Shown here: positions 37,332-48,389 of the stretch, piece after piece
Layout of the letters: the number at the start of each line of letters is the position of its first letter
Position numbering within the stretch: position 1 is the first letter of the stretch
Assembly (NCBI GenBank): GCA_964482965.1
Contig: CAYZZP010000014.1
Location: 552-64,551, forward strand
From: an uncultured Lachnospira sp.
GTDB taxonomy: Bacteria > Bacillota > Clostridia > Lachnospirales > Lachnospiraceae
Direction of reading: 5' to 3'
DNA: 64,000 bases
Translations under genes and position numbers: made by a program
Notes under the pieces: generated by a model
The model's database searches: none
Seen by the model: only the letters and a program-made list of their open reading frames with translations
Told to the model about the DNA's origin: nothing

Positions 37332-40300
37332 ATGAGCTGCGTTAAACGAGTATTTGTTGAGAAGAAAAAGCCATTTGCAGTAAATGCAAAGGAATTGCGT
37401 GAAGAGATAACAGGATACCTCGGTATCAGTACTATTACTGATGTTAGGGTGCTTATTCGTTATGATATTGAGAATCTGTCGGAGAATACGTATAATAAGG
37501 CGCTTACCACTGTATTTTCGGAGCCGCCTGTAGATGATGTATATGAGATGAATTTTGAGTGCGGGAAAGATGATTTTGTATTTTCTGTAGAATATCTTCC
37601 GGGACAGTTTGACCAGAGAGCAGATTCAGCGGAGCAGTGCGTTAAGTTTTTTAACGAAAACGAGCTGCCTGTAATTAAGACTGCTACAACTTATATTATA
37701 TCAGGTGCTTTGACTGACGAGCAGAAGTTAAAGATTAAGGAGCTTTGTATTAACCCTGTTGATTCAAGAGAGGCCGGAAGCGGGCTTCCTGAGACGCTTG
37801 TCACAAAGTATGATGTTCCTGCGGACGTTAAAATTCTGGACGGCTTTAAGGATATGCCGGAGGCAGAGCTTAAGGCGCTCTACGACTCGCTTGGTCTTGC
37901 TATGACATTTAAGGATTTTAAATTTATTCAGGAGCATTTTGCGGGCGTTGAAAACAGAGACCCGTCCATGACGGAGATTCGTGTTCTTGATACATACTGG
38001 TCAGACCACTGCCGTCACACTACATTTGCCACAGAGCTTAAAAATGTTGAGTTTAAGGACGGATATTACAGAGTTCCTATGGAGGCGACATATAAGAAAT
38101 ATCTTGCCGACAGGTCGGAGATTTATAAGGAACGCAAGGACAAGTTTGTATGTCTTATGGATTTGGCGCTTTTAGCTATGAAAAAGCTCAAGGCGGAGGG
38201 GAAGCTTGACGACCAGGAGGAGTCGGAGGAAATCAATGCATGCAGTATCGTTGTTCCTGTTGAAATAGACGGAAAAACTGAGGAGTGGCTTGTAAACTTT
38301 AAAAATGAGACCCACAACCATCCTACAGAGATTGAACCGTTTGGTGGAGCGGCCACATGTCTTGGCGGCGCCATAAGAGATCCGCTGTCAGGACGTACAT
38401 ATGTATATCAGGCTATGCGCATCACAGGTGCGGCAGACCCTACGGTGCCTATTTCAGAGACCTTGAAGGGCAAGCTCCCGCAGAAGAAGCTTGTTACAGG
38501 CGCAGCACATGGCTACAGCTCATATGGCAATCAGATAGGCCTGGCAACGGGCTATGTAAAGGAGATTTATCACCCTGATTATGTAGCTAAGAGAATGGAG
38601 ATAGGCGCAGTTATTGCAGCTGCTCCAAGAAGTGCTGTTAAGCGGGAGACTTCTGATCCGGGAGATATTATCATATTGCTGGGCGGACGTACAGGTCGTG
38701 ACGGCTGCGGCGGTGCGACAGGTTCTTCAAAGGTTCACACCACAGCTTCAATTGAGACCTGCGGCGCTGAGGTTCAGAAGGGTAATGCCCCTACAGAGCG
38801 TAAAATGCAGAGGCTTTTCAGACGTCCTGAGGTTACAAAGCTTATCAAGAAATGTAATGATTTTGGCGCGGGCGGCGTATCTGTTGCTATCGGCGAGCTT
38901 GCGGCAGGACTACGGGTTTCGCTTGATAAGGTGCCTAAGAAGTATGAAGGTCTTGATGGAACAGAGCTTGCTATTTCCGAGTCGCAGGAGAGAATGGCTG
39001 TAGTTATTGACCCTAAGGATGTCAAGGCATTTTTGGATTACGCTGCAGAGGAAAATCTTGAGGCTGTCGAGGTGGCTGTGGTTACTGAGGAGCCAAGACT
39101 TGTGCTTGAGTGGAGAGGCAAGGAAATAGTTAATATTTCAAGAGCGTTTCTCGATACAAACGGCGCTCATCAGGAGACATCAGTGCTTGTGGATATTCCG
39201 GAAAAGGGTGAGTGCGTCCTTAATGCGCCTGAGGTTACTGATGTTAAGGAAAAATGGTTAAAGACGCTTAATGATTTGAATGAGTGTTCGCAGAAGGGTC
39301 TCGTTGAGAGATTTGACGCATCAATCGGCGCCGGTTCAGTATATATGCCATATGGTGGTAAGTATCAGCTCACAGAGACGCAGGCTATGGTTGCGAAGCT
39401 GCCTGTGCTTAAGGGAAAATGCGATACAGTAACAATGATGTCATATGGCTTCGATCCATATCTTTCAAAGTGGAGTCCATATCACGGCGCTATGTATGCT
39501 GTTGTGGATTCAGTTGCTAAGATTGTGGCAGCAGGCGGTGACTTTAATAAGATTAGATTTACATTCCAGGAATATTTCAGAAGAATGACGGAGGACGCAA
39601 GCCGTTGGAGCCAGCCGTTTGCGGCGTTGCTTGGCGCATACGAGGCGCAGCTTGGCTTCGGGCTTCCTTCAATCGGAGGCAAGGACAGTATGTCGGGAAC
39701 ATTTGAGGATATTGATGTTCCGCCTACACTTTGCTCATTTGCAGTTGACGTGGCAAAGGAAGCTGATATTATTACCCCTGAGCTTAAGGAAGCAGGAAAT
39801 GTTCTTGTAAGATTTGATATAGAGAAAAATGAGTATGATTTGCCTGTATTTGAGCAGATAAAGAAGCTCTACAATGCAGTTCACGAAATGACGGAGAACG
39901 GCACAATCGTGTCTGCATATGTGCTTGACAGATTTGGACTTGTTCCGGCTCTTTCAAAAATGGCATTTGGTAACAAAATGGGCTTTGAGATTAGCAGCGA
40001 TATAAATGAAGCGGATTTGTTCGCACCTGCATACGGATGTATAGTTGCAGAGGTTTCGGCTGATAAAGCAGCGGACATAAGCTGCGCATATATAAAGGTT
40101 GGTGCTGTTAAGGCGGACGGAGCATTTACTTATAAGAATGTTACAATCACAGTTGACGAGGCTTTGAAGGCATGGACAGAGAAGTTGGAGAAGGTATTCC
40201 CTACAAAGGCTGTAAAGGAGACAACTCCTGTTGAGACAAGGCTGTATAATACAGACAAGGTATATGTGTGCAGAAATAAGGTTGCAAAGCCGACTGTATT

Positions 40301-41084
40301 CATTCCGGTATTCCCTGGCACAAATTGCGAGTATGACAGCACAAAGGCATTCGAGAGAGCAGGCGCAGACGTTATTGTTAAGGTATTTAAAAACCTCGAC
40401 GCCGAGGGTATCAGAGCTTCTGTGGAGGAATTTACAAGGGCTGTCAATCAGGCGCAGATTATTATGTTCCCTGGCGGATTTTCAGCGGGCGATGAGCCGG
40501 ATGGTTCGGCTAAGTTCTTCGCCACAGCATTCAGAAATGCCAAGATGAAAGAGGCGGTAGAGAAGTTACTTAATGAGAGAGACGGTCTTGCGCTGGGTAT
40601 CTGTAACGGCTTTCAGGCTCTTATCAAGCTCGGTCTTGTTCCAAACGGGGCTATTACAGGACAGGACGCTAATTCTCCTACCCTTACATTTAACACAATC
40701 AACCGTCACATTTCAAAAATGGTATATACAAAGGTTGTTACAAACAAGAGTCCGTGGCTTGCAGGCGCAGAGCTTGGCAGCGTATATTGCAATCCTGCTT
40801 CACATGGCGAGGGCCGTTTCGTAGCTCCAAAGGAATGGCTTGACAAGCTCTTTGAGAATGGTCAGGTAGCAACGCAGTACTGCGATATCAACGGAAATAT
40901 TTCTATGGATGAGGAGTGGAATGTCAACGGTTCTTATATGTCAATCGAAGGCATTACAAGCCCTGACGGAAGATGCTTAGGAAAAATGGCTCATTCAGAG
41001 AGACGCGGCGATTCTGTTGCGGTCAATATTTATGGTGAGCAGGATATGAAAATATTTGAGTCAGGCGTTAAGTATTTTAAGTAA
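37332..41084 (+). CDS. purL: Phosphoribosylformylglycinamidine synthase (fused PurL/PurQ type)
   Basis: YWSDHCRH, KNETHNHPTEIEPFGGA, SESQERM, FPGTNCE, GICNGFQ, MAHSER. Confidence 0.96.
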   Translation: MSCVKRVFVEKKKPFAVNAKELREEITGYLGISTITDVRVLIRYDIENLSENTYNKALTTVFSEPPVDDVYEMNFECGKDDFVFSVEYLPGQFDQRADSAEQCVKFFNENELPVIKTATTYIISGALTDEQKLKIKELCINPVDSREAGSGLPETLVTKYDVPADVKILDGFKDMPEAELKALYDSLGLAMTFKDFKFIQEHFAGVENRDPSMTEIRVLDTYWSDHCRHTTFATELKNVEFKDGYYRVPMEATYKKYLADRSEIYKERKDKFVCLMDLALLAMKKLKAEGKLDDQEESEEINACSIVVPVEIDGKTEEWLVNFKNETHNHPTEIEPFGGAATCLGGAIRDPLSGRTYVYQAMRITGAADPTVPISETLKGKLPQKKLVTGAAHGYSSYGNQIGLATGYVKEIYHPDYVAKRMEIGAVIAAAPRSAVKRETSDPGDIIILLGGRTGRDGCGGATGSSKVHTTASIETCGAEVQKGNAPTERKMQRLFRRPEVTKLIKKCNDFGAGGVSVAIGELAAGLRVSLDKVPKKYEGLDGTELAISESQERMAVVIDPKDVKAFLDYAAEENLEAVEVAVVTEEPRLVLEWRGKEIVNISRAFLDTNGAHQETSVLVDIPEKGECVLNAPEVTDVKEKWLKTLNDLNECSQKGLVERFDASIGAGSVYMPYGGKYQLTETQAMVAKLPVLKGKCDTVTMMSYGFDPYLSKWSPYHGAMYAVVDSVAKIVAAGGDFNKIRFTFQEYFRRMTEDASRWSQPFAALLGAYEAQLGFGLPSIGGKDSMSGTFEDIDVPPTLCSFAVDVAKEADIITPELKEAGNVLVRFDIEKNEYDLPVFEQIKKLYNAVHEMTENGTIVSAYVLDRFGLVPALSKMAFGNKMGFEISSDINEADLFAPAYGCIVAEVSADKAADISCAYIKVGAVKADGAFTYKNVTITVDEALKAWTEKLEKVFPTKAVKETTPVETRLYNTDKVYVCRNKVAKPTVFIPVFPGTNCEYDSTKAFERAGADVIVKVFKNLDAEGIRASVEEFTRAVNQAQIIMFPGGFSAGDEPDGSAKFFATAFRNAKMKEAVEKLLNERDGLALGICNGFQALIKLGLVPNGAITGQDANSPTLTFNTINRHISKMVYTKVVTNKSPWLAGAELGSVYCNPASHGEGRFVAPKEWLDKLFENGQVATQYCDINGNISMDEEWNVNGSYMSIEGITSPDGRCLGKMAHSERRGDSVAVNIYGEQDMKIFESGVKYFK

Positions 41085-41218
41085 GTTAAAGTTTATGGCG
41101 GCCACTTTGTGGTCGCCTGTGTTATAAGAGCTGCAGCGAATATTGGTCGCAGGCATAAAGATTTAAGTAAAAGGAGTTTCATAAAAGAAGCTGAATAAAA
41201 TTGGGAGGCAAATTTGAT

Positions 41219-41665
41219 ATGGCAAAGAAGGTCAACGATTTATTGTGGCATGACAGAAAGAGATGGACGTTTTTTGGACTTCCGTTTACATTTACAAGAT
41301 ATTCTGTCAACAAAGAGAGGCTGTTTATCAGCAAGGGATTTTTAAATGTAAATGATGACGAGGTGCGTCTCTATCGGATAATGGACATTTCTCTTAAACG
41401 TACTTTTGGACAGAGAATATTCGGGCTTGGTACCATAAAGATATGTTCAGGCGACAAAACCATGAAGGATTTTGAGATTGTAAACATTAAGAAGCCTGTG
41501 GAGACTAAAGAGCTTATATCTGACCTTGTGGAGCGTCAGAGAGATGTGAAGAGAGTAGTCAACAGAGAAAATATGATTGACCACAGCCATTTCGCAGGAC
41601 ATGGCGTTGACGCTGATGATTTGTTTGATGAGCAGGATTCTCCGTTTGACAGGGAGGATGATTAG
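41219..41665 (+). CDS. Bacterial PH-domain protein (bPH_2/DUF304)
   Basis: LFISKGFL..DEVRLYRIMDISLKRTFGQRIFGLGTI; GGAGG RBS. Confidence 0.82.
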   Translation: MAKKVNDLLWHDRKRWTFFGLPFTFTRYSVNKERLFISKGFLNVNDDEVRLYRIMDISLKRTFGQRIFGLGTIKICSGDKTMKDFEIVNIKKPVETKELISDLVERQRDVKRVVNRENMIDHSHFAGHGVDADDLFDEQDSPFDREDD

Positions 41666-41788
41666 GTAATAATTATTTAAAAGTGTAGATAAGGCAAAAA
41701 TACTACCTTGTGACTACGGTATTGCTGCAAGTCGCCGTTGCAGCAGTAATGAAGTATTTAGGCTTGTTTAGATAATATTAAAATTATT

Positions 41789-41829
41789 AATTCCGCAAAA
41801 GTGGTACACACCACACTTTTGCGGAATTG
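41789..41829. terminator. Bidirectional terminator
   Basis: AATTCCGCAAAAGTG...CACTTTTGCGGAATT between convergent genes. Confidence 0.8.
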
Positions 41830-41836
41830 TTTTAAT

Positions 41837-43744
41837 TTATTCTTCAAAATAAATCCTATGCCATAAAAGGAACATATAAACCGTCCAGATTTTGCCGGAA
41901 TAGTCGGCTTTGTGGTTTTTGTGGTCGTCAAGATAGCGCATGAGTATGTTTGTCTTGAAGTATTTTTTTGAGGTTTCGCTGGTAAAAAGCGTTTTTATCT
42001 GGTTGTAATACTGTTCGTTTCTTATCCAAGCGCCAATAGGAGTGCTGCGTTTTGCGGGCTTAGGTCTTGCAACTGCTTCAGGCAGATATTGCTGCGCGGC
42101 AATTCGCAGGGCAAGCTTGTTGTTGACGGGGCTTACCTTGTACTCTGAAGGGAGAGTGGATGCAACCTTGTACACTTCATAGTCGAGATAAGGCATTCTG
42201 ACTTCAAGGGAGTTTGCCATGCCAAGTTTGTCTGCTATCAGAAGATTGTTATTTACGAGACGGAAGTTTATGTCAATATACTGCATTTTTGTAACATCGT
42301 CTGTGGGCGGAAGATTGTTGTAGTAGTTTCTTGTTGCGCCATAAATGTTGTTGCAGTAGGAAGGTCTGACAAGAAGTTTTTCCAGTTCATCAGCAGTAAA
42401 ACCTGAATTTGTGCCGGTGTAGCGCATTTGCAGAGGAAGCCTTCTGTATTTTGTATAGTCAGAGGAGGCTTTTTTTGAGGACAGAGATTTGGAATAGGAT
42501 GAAATGACATTTTTTATAATGCTTTTAGCGTCCTTTCGGTTATCCTGCTTCATATTTTCGCCGTAAATGCTGCAGCCCCCGAAAAGTTCGTCAGCGCCTT
42601 CGCCGGAAAGAGTGACTGATACATATTGAGAGGCATTTTTATAGGCAAAGTACTGTGGAATTGCGGATGGGTCTCCCAAAGGTTCCTCAAGATAGGTTAT
42701 AATATGAGGAATCGTATTCCAGCATTGTTCGGTTGTTATATGGCTTCTGTAGTTGTCAACCTTTAAAATGTCAGCGAGGGTGTTGGTGTAATCAACGTCG
42801 TCGCATTTGTCATAATCAAAACTTACTGAGAAACCTTTGCCTGCGTTGAGCAGTGCCGTAACATAGTTGGAATCAACTCCTGCTGCCAAAAATGAGCCTG
42901 TTTCGCAGTGTCTGCATTTATGAGCGGTAACGGAACCGCTGAGAGCGCTGTTGATTTCTGCGGCGTATTCCTCAATGGATTTGTCGGCAGAAGAAGCGGG
43001 GTTAAAGGTCGGCTTCCAATAGCATTTTGTCTCAAGCTGTCCTGATTTGAAGGTGAACGTATGCGCCGGCATTAGCTTGTATATTCCTTTGAAAAATGTC
43101 TCCTCAAGCACTGAACATTGAAATGAAAGATAGGTTTCAAGCGCTTTATCGTTAAATGTGGGAACATAGCCCGGATGCCTGAGAATAGCTTTGATTTCGG
43201 AGGAAAATATAAGGTTGTTTCCGACGGGCGCATAGTAAAAGGGTTTCATACCGAAAGGGTCTCTGGCGCCGAAAATACTTCCTTTGTCTAAGTCATATAT
43301 AACTAAGGCAAACATGCCCTTTAATTTTTTTACAAATTCTTCTCCATAGCGGGAATAAAGCGCCGCAATAAGTTCTTCGCAGGGGATGTCAGTGTATTCG
43401 GCTGACATGGGGGTATTATAGGAATCGCCGGTACGTGCGGCGGTTGCTGCTGCATTATGAAGTCCTGTATCAGTATCTGAACCGCTATAAGCCTGAAGCT
43501 CAATCAGCAGCTCTTTTTTATTATATATTTCCCCGTCAAAAACCACTGCAAGATTGTTATGTACTATAGGGGAAGTGCTTTTTTGACCGTAAAAACTGCG
43601 TATTCCTGCACATATGCCGGGGCCTGCGTAGCGAAATTCAGACGACGGTCCGCGGTGTACTATTGTTTGCAGCATATCTTCAAGTATGGCGGCAGCATTG
43701 GTGCAGTCTGTAAATTCTGTTGTAAATCCTGCAAATCCACTCAT
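41837..43744 (-). CDS. Asparagine-synthetase-B-like protein with degenerate glutaminase domain
   Basis: HRGP, GEIYN, ARDPFGMKPFYY, SGEGADELFGG, SLEVRMPYLD; starts MSGFAG rather than MCG. Confidence 0.85.
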   Translation of the reverse strand: MSGFAGFTTEFTDCTNAAAILEDMLQTIVHRGPSSEFRYAGPGICAGIRSFYGQKSTSPIVHNNLAVVFDGEIYNKKELLIELQAYSGSDTDTGLHNAAATAARTGDSYNTPMSAEYTDIPCEELIAALYSRYGEEFVKKLKGMFALVIYDLDKGSIFGARDPFGMKPFYYAPVGNNLIFSSEIKAILRHPGYVPTFNDKALETYLSFQCSVLEETFFKGIYKLMPAHTFTFKSGQLETKCYWKPTFNPASSADKSIEEYAAEINSALSGSVTAHKCRHCETGSFLAAGVDSNYVTALLNAGKGFSVSFDYDKCDDVDYTNTLADILKVDNYRSHITTEQCWNTIPHIITYLEEPLGDPSAIPQYFAYKNASQYVSVTLSGEGADELFGGCSIYGENMKQDNRKDAKSIIKNVISSYSKSLSSKKASSDYTKYRRLPLQMRYTGTNSGFTADELEKLLVRPSYCNNIYGATRNYYNNLPPTDDVTKMQYIDINFRLVNNNLLIADKLGMANSLEVRMPYLDYEVYKVASTLPSEYKVSPVNNKLALRIAAQQYLPEAVARPKPAKRSTPIGAWIRNEQYYNQIKTLFTSETSKKYFKTNILMRYLDDHKNHKADYSGKIWTVYMFLLWHRIYFEE

Positions 43745-43961
43745 AAGATTTCTGACCTCCCTAAAATAAAATAATGTTTTTATATTATATATTCTATGAC
43801 TGGATTATATCAGATAGAGAAATTCTTTACAAGTTTCATTAATTTTCTTAAATAAGCTGCAAATGTTTGTAAAATTTAAAATGTGCCGCTACTGGTGTTT
43901 ACAAAAAGTTTAAAATAAAGTATAATGGCAACGAATAATGACCAAAAGCGAGGAAAAGATT

Positions 43962-45170
43962 ATGAGCAGGATAACAATGACAACTCCATTGGTTGAGATG
44001 GATGGAGACGAAATGACAAGAGTTCTTTGGAAGCTTATTAAAGAAGAACTCCTTATGCCATATATTGATTTAAAGACAGAGTATTATGATTTGGGGCTTG
44101 TTCACCGCAATGAGACTAATGACCAGGTAACTGTTGATTCTGCCGAGGCTGCTAAAAAGTATGGTGTGGCGGTTAAGTGTGCTACCATTACTCCTAACGC
44201 TGCCAGAATGACCGAGTACAATCTCAAGGAGATGTACAAGAGTCCAAACGGAACCATCAGGGCAATGCTTGACGGTACTGTGTTCAGAGCACCTATTATC
44301 GTTAAGGGAATTGAGCCATATGTTAAAAACTGGAAAAAGCCAATCACTATCGCCAGACATGCATATGGCGACGTGTATAAGGCTGCAGAGATGAAGGTTT
44401 CGGGAGCGGGTAAGGCAGAGCTTGTGTTTACAGACGGGAACGGAAATGAGACAAGAGAGCTTATCCATAATTTTAAGGGGGCAGGCGTGCTTCAGGGTAT
44501 GCACAATCTTGAGGGTTCTATTGAGAGCTTTGCAAGAAGTTGCTTTAATTATGCGCTTGATACTAAGCAGGATTTGTGGTTTGCCACAAAGGATACAATT
44601 TCTAAGAAGTATGACCATACATTTAAGGACGTTTTTCAGGAGATTTATGATAAGGAGTATGCTGATAAGTTTAAGGCGGCAGGCATTGAATATTTCTACA
44701 CACTCATAGATGATGCAGTTGCAAGAGTTGTTCGTTCTGAGGGAGGTTATATCTGGGCATGTAAGAACTATGACGGCGACGTTATGAGTGATATGGTTGC
44801 TACAGCATTTGGTTCTCTTTCAATGATGACATCTGTGCTTGTATCGCCTGACGGATATTATGAGTACGAGGCGGCGCATGGAACTGTTCAGAGACATTAT
44901 TATAAGCATTTGAAGGGCGAGGAGACATCAACTAATCCGATTGCCACAATTTATGCATGGACAGGGGCGCTTAGAAAGAGAGGAGAGTTTGATGAGATTA
45001 AGGAGCTTTGCGATTTTGCGGATAAGCTTGAAGCAGCTTGTATAAAGACTATTGAAAACGGTGAGATGACAAAGGATCTCGCGCTTATTACAACTATGGA
45101 GAACCCTAAGACATTGAATACGCAGGATTTTATCAAGGCAGTTAGGGCAACTCTTGATAGTTTGATGTAA
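43962..45170 (+). CDS. icd: NADP-dependent isocitrate dehydrogenase
   Basis: [42 protein letters not shown]. Confidence 0.96.
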   Translation: MSRITMTTPLVEMDGDEMTRVLWKLIKEELLMPYIDLKTEYYDLGLVHRNETNDQVTVDSAEAAKKYGVAVKCATITPNAARMTEYNLKEMYKSPNGTIRAMLDGTVFRAPIIVKGIEPYVKNWKKPITIARHAYGDVYKAAEMKVSGAGKAELVFTDGNGNETRELIHNFKGAGVLQGMHNLEGSIESFARSCFNYALDTKQDLWFATKDTISKKYDHTFKDVFQEIYDKEYADKFKAAGIEYFYTLIDDAVARVVRSEGGYIWACKNYDGDVMSDMVATAFGSLSMMTSVLVSPDGYYEYEAAHGTVQRHYYKHLKGEETSTNPIATIYAWTGALRKRGEFDEIKELCDFADKLEAACIKTIENGEMTKDLALITTMENPKTLNTQDFIKAVRATLDSLM

Positions 45171-45226
45171 TAGGTTTTGGCTAATTTATTCCAAAGATTT
45201 TATTCGTTTTAAAAAACGGAGGCATT

Positions 45227-45826
45227 TTGATGAAGTTTAAATTTGAAGTTGGCGATTTGTTTAAACTGCCAAATATTCTTTGCTATATAAGAATTGTTAT
45301 GGTGCCGATTTTTTTGTATGTATATTTTACAGCTGATAAGCAGAGTGATTATTATATGGCGACATGTGTTGTGCTGGTATCGGGAATAACGGATTTTCTT
45401 GACGGACAGATTGCACGAAGATGTAATATGATTACCGATTTGGGAAGAATTATTGATCCTGTAGCGGACAAGCTTATGCAGCTTGCAATGGTTGTTGCAC
45501 TGACTATGAAAATAAAATATATGTATATACTTGTAATTTATCTGGTACTCAAGGAAATAATTACTTCTGTGACAGGCTTTATTGTTATCAGAAAATACGA
45601 GAGAAGGCTTAACGGTGCAAAATGGTACGGCAAGGTGTGTACGGCACTGTTGTATGTAGTAATGCTGGTGCTTGTGGCATTTCCTGGAATTAACACATCA
45701 GTGCAGAATATTTTGCTTATAGTGTGTGCAGCAGGTCTTACATTGGCATTTGTTATGTATATGAGACTGTATGTTATTATGATTACGGACGCAAAGTATA
45801 ATCGGAATGAAAAGGTATTATACTAA
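45227..45826 (+). CDS. CDP-alcohol phosphatidyltransferase (PgsA-like)
   Basis: LPNIL, DFLDGQIARRCNMITDLGRIIDPVADK signature. Confidence 0.92.
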   Translation: MMKFKFEVGDLFKLPNILCYIRIVMVPIFLYVYFTADKQSDYYMATCVVLVSGITDFLDGQIARRCNMITDLGRIIDPVADKLMQLAMVVALTMKIKYMYILVIYLVLKEIITSVTGFIVIRKYERRLNGAKWYGKVCTALLYVVMLVLVAFPGINTSVQNILLIVCAAGLTLAFVMYMRLYVIMITDAKYNRNEKVLY

Positions 45827-45847
45827 TACGAGGGTATTGGAGGAAAA

Positions 45848-46465
45848 ATGATTAATTATACTTTTCATGGAATGAATCTTGGACAGCTCGCCATGTGGTT
45901 TTTTATTTACAGCTTTTTCGGATGGGCTATGGAGTGTGTTGTTATAAGGATTCAGCTTGGCAGATGGGAAAACAGAGGCTTTGCAAAGCTTCCTTTCTGT
46001 GTAATTTATGGATTTGGTACATTTATTGCATTTAATATATTTGCACCAATACAGAATAATTATGTTGCTTTATATTTCGCAGGAGCAGTTTGTGCTACCA
46101 TATTTGAATATCTGGTTGCACAGGCTATGCTGAAGCTGTTTGGTGAGGTATGGTGGAACTATGACCATCTTCCTTTTAATTATAAGGGAATACTTTGTCT
46201 GGAGAGTACCATAGGATGGGGATTTTTAGCATTATTTATATTTGGCTTCTTCAATAAATTGGTTGAGGCGTTTGTATTGTCGATTAATCCCACAATAGCT
46301 GCAGCCATCGGCGCTACGCTTTCAATTCTCTATATATTGGATTTTACCTATAATTTTGGCAGAAATCTTATTGCTAATTTTGACGGCAGAAATAGCGAGA
46401 GTTGTGAAGTTGGTGAGCAAGAAGGCTATTTTATTCAAATTATGACAAAGATAAGAAGAAAGTAG
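45848..46465 (+). CDS. Putative ABC transporter permease (DUF1113/CmpB-TMEM229 family)
   Basis: YSFFGWAME, NRGF..PFCVIYG, WWNYDHLPFNYKGILCL. Confidence 0.85.
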   Translation: MINYTFHGMNLGQLAMWFFIYSFFGWAMECVVIRIQLGRWENRGFAKLPFCVIYGFGTFIAFNIFAPIQNNYVALYFAGAVCATIFEYLVAQAMLKLFGEVWWNYDHLPFNYKGILCLESTIGWGFLALFIFGFFNKLVEAFVLSINPTIAAAIGATLSILYILDFTYNFGRNLIANFDGRNSESCEVGEQEGYFIQIMTKIRRK

Positions 46466-46582
46466 CTGTGAGCTATAGAAAATATAAGGCACGATTATTA
46501 GGAGCAATTCAGGCTTTTAGTGGTTGTGCCTTTGTTGTAAAATAATTGATTATATTTGGCGGCAGAAATGGAGGGAATATAC

Positions 46583-47830
46583 GTGGCGCAGATATATGAA
46601 ACAGAGGAAATGATTGAAAAAGTAATCTTGGTAGGAGTGCAGTTGGGGGATGAAAGGGAGGCTGAAAATTCTTTGGAGGAGCTAAAGGAGCTGGCAAGGA
46701 CGGCGGGAGCCGTAACTGTTGGAAAAATGCTTCAGCCAAGAGAATATTTTCACCCTGCTACCTATATTGGCAAGGGCAAAATAGAAGAGCTGAAGATTTT
46801 GGCAGATGAACTTGAGGCTACGGGAATTGTATGTGACGACGAGCTTTCTCCGGCGCAGCTTCGCAATCTTGAGGACGCTCTCGCAATCAAAATTATGGAC
46901 AGGACAATGGTCATTCTTGATATATTTGCAGCGAGGGCCGGAACCAGCGAGGGTAAGATACAGGTGGAGATGGCGCAGCTTAAATACAGAATGACAAGGC
47001 TTTCAGGACTTGGAACAACGCTTTCGAGACTTGGCGGAGGTATAGGTACAAGAGGTCCCGGAGAGAAAAAGCTGGAAACAGACAGACGAATTATAAGAGA
47101 CAGAATTAAGAAGCTGCAAATAGAACTGGAGGAAGTAAGAAATCACAGAGATATCCAGAGGCAGAAACGCAGCGGCAATTCAACGCCTGTAGCAGCTATA
47201 GTCGGCTACACCAATGCAGGAAAATCTACGCTGTTAAATAAGCTTACGGATGCGGGAGTGCTGTCGGAGGATAAATTGTTTGCGACGCTTGATCCTACCA
47301 CAAGGTCATTCAGGCTTCCAAACGGAGAAAAAATATTGCTGACGGATACGGTAGGATTTATAAGAAAACTGCCGCATAATCTTATTGAAGCATTTAAGAG
47401 TACTCTGGAGGAGGCAAAATATGCGGATATAATCATACATGTGGTGGACTGCGGTAATCCTGATATGGATATCAGGATGGCTACGGTTTATGAGACGCTG
47501 GAACAGCTTAAGGTTGGCGACAAGCCTATAATCACATTGTTTAATAAGTGCGATATGCTTGAGAAATCCCCGGCGGCAAAGGATTTGAAGGCAAGAAGCA
47601 CCGTCAATATATCGGCAAAGACAGGTATGGGGCTTGAGGCATTTCAGGAAATTCTGCAAAATATAATACTTGAGAGCAGGATTCATATAAATAGGTGCTT
47701 TGGTTATAACGATGCAGGAAAAATACAGCTTATCAGGGAATTTGGACAGCTTATAAGCGAGGAATATACGGCGGAGGGCATTGAGGTTGAGGCGTTTGTT
47801 CCAAAAGAGGTTTACAGCAGGCTGGAGTGA
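46583..47830 (+). CDS. hflX: GTPase HflX
   Basis: GTRGPGEKKLETDRR, GYTNAGKS, LFATLD, DTVGF, NKCD; GGAGG before GTG 46583. Confidence 0.95.
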   Translation: MAQIYETEEMIEKVILVGVQLGDEREAENSLEELKELARTAGAVTVGKMLQPREYFHPATYIGKGKIEELKILADELEATGIVCDDELSPAQLRNLEDALAIKIMDRTMVILDIFAARAGTSEGKIQVEMAQLKYRMTRLSGLGTTLSRLGGGIGTRGPGEKKLETDRRIIRDRIKKLQIELEEVRNHRDIQRQKRSGNSTPVAAIVGYTNAGKSTLLNKLTDAGVLSEDKLFATLDPTTRSFRLPNGEKILLTDTVGFIRKLPHNLIEAFKSTLEEAKYADIIIHVVDCGNPDMDIRMATVYETLEQLKVGDKPIITLFNKCDMLEKSPAAKDLKARSTVNISAKTGMGLEAFQEILQNIILESRIHINRCFGYNDAGKIQLIREFGQLISEEYTAEGIEVEAFVPKEVYSRLE

Positions 47831-47894
47831 AATTTAAGCCGGTAAAAATTGTTTGATTGTATGTATAGGAATTTGTTTGGAATGGAGATTACTT

Positions 47895-48383
47895 ATGAAA
47901 TTAATTGCAGCGGTTGACAATAATTGGGCGATTGGAAGAAATGGAAGGCTGCTTGTGAGTATTCCTGAGGATATGAAGTTTTTCAGGGAGGAGACCTATG
48001 GAAAGGTTGTGATAATGGGAAGAAAAACTTTAGAAAGCCTGAAGGACAGGTCGGGGCTTATGGGCAGAACCAATATTGTCATAACCTCTAATATGGATTA
48101 TAAACCGAAGGACGCGGCGGTGTGCCACAGCATAGAGGAGGCGCTGGAGGAGGCTTCAAAATATGACAGTGATGATGTTTATGTTATAGGCGGAGGCACC
48201 ATATATGAGCAGATGCTTGATTATTGTAATGAGGCGCATATAACAAAGGTGGATTACGAGTATGACGCAGATACATACTGTCCGAATCTCGACGAAAATC
48301 CACAGTGGAAAATTGCGGCGTCCAGCGACGAGAAAACTTATTTTGATATAGTATATGAATTTGTAAAATATGTGAAAGGTTGA
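47895..48383 (+). CDS. folA: Dihydrofolate reductase
   Basis: IAAVDNNWAIG, IPEDMKFF, IMGRKT, VIGGG, ADTY. Confidence 0.93.
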   Translation: MKLIAAVDNNWAIGRNGRLLVSIPEDMKFFREETYGKVVIMGRKTLESLKDRSGLMGRTNIVITSNMDYKPKDAAVCHSIEEALEEASKYDSDDVYVIGGGTIYEQMLDYCNEAHITKVDYEYDADTYCPNLDENPQWKIAASSDEKTYFDIVYEFVKYVKG

Positions 48384-48389
48384 TTAGTT

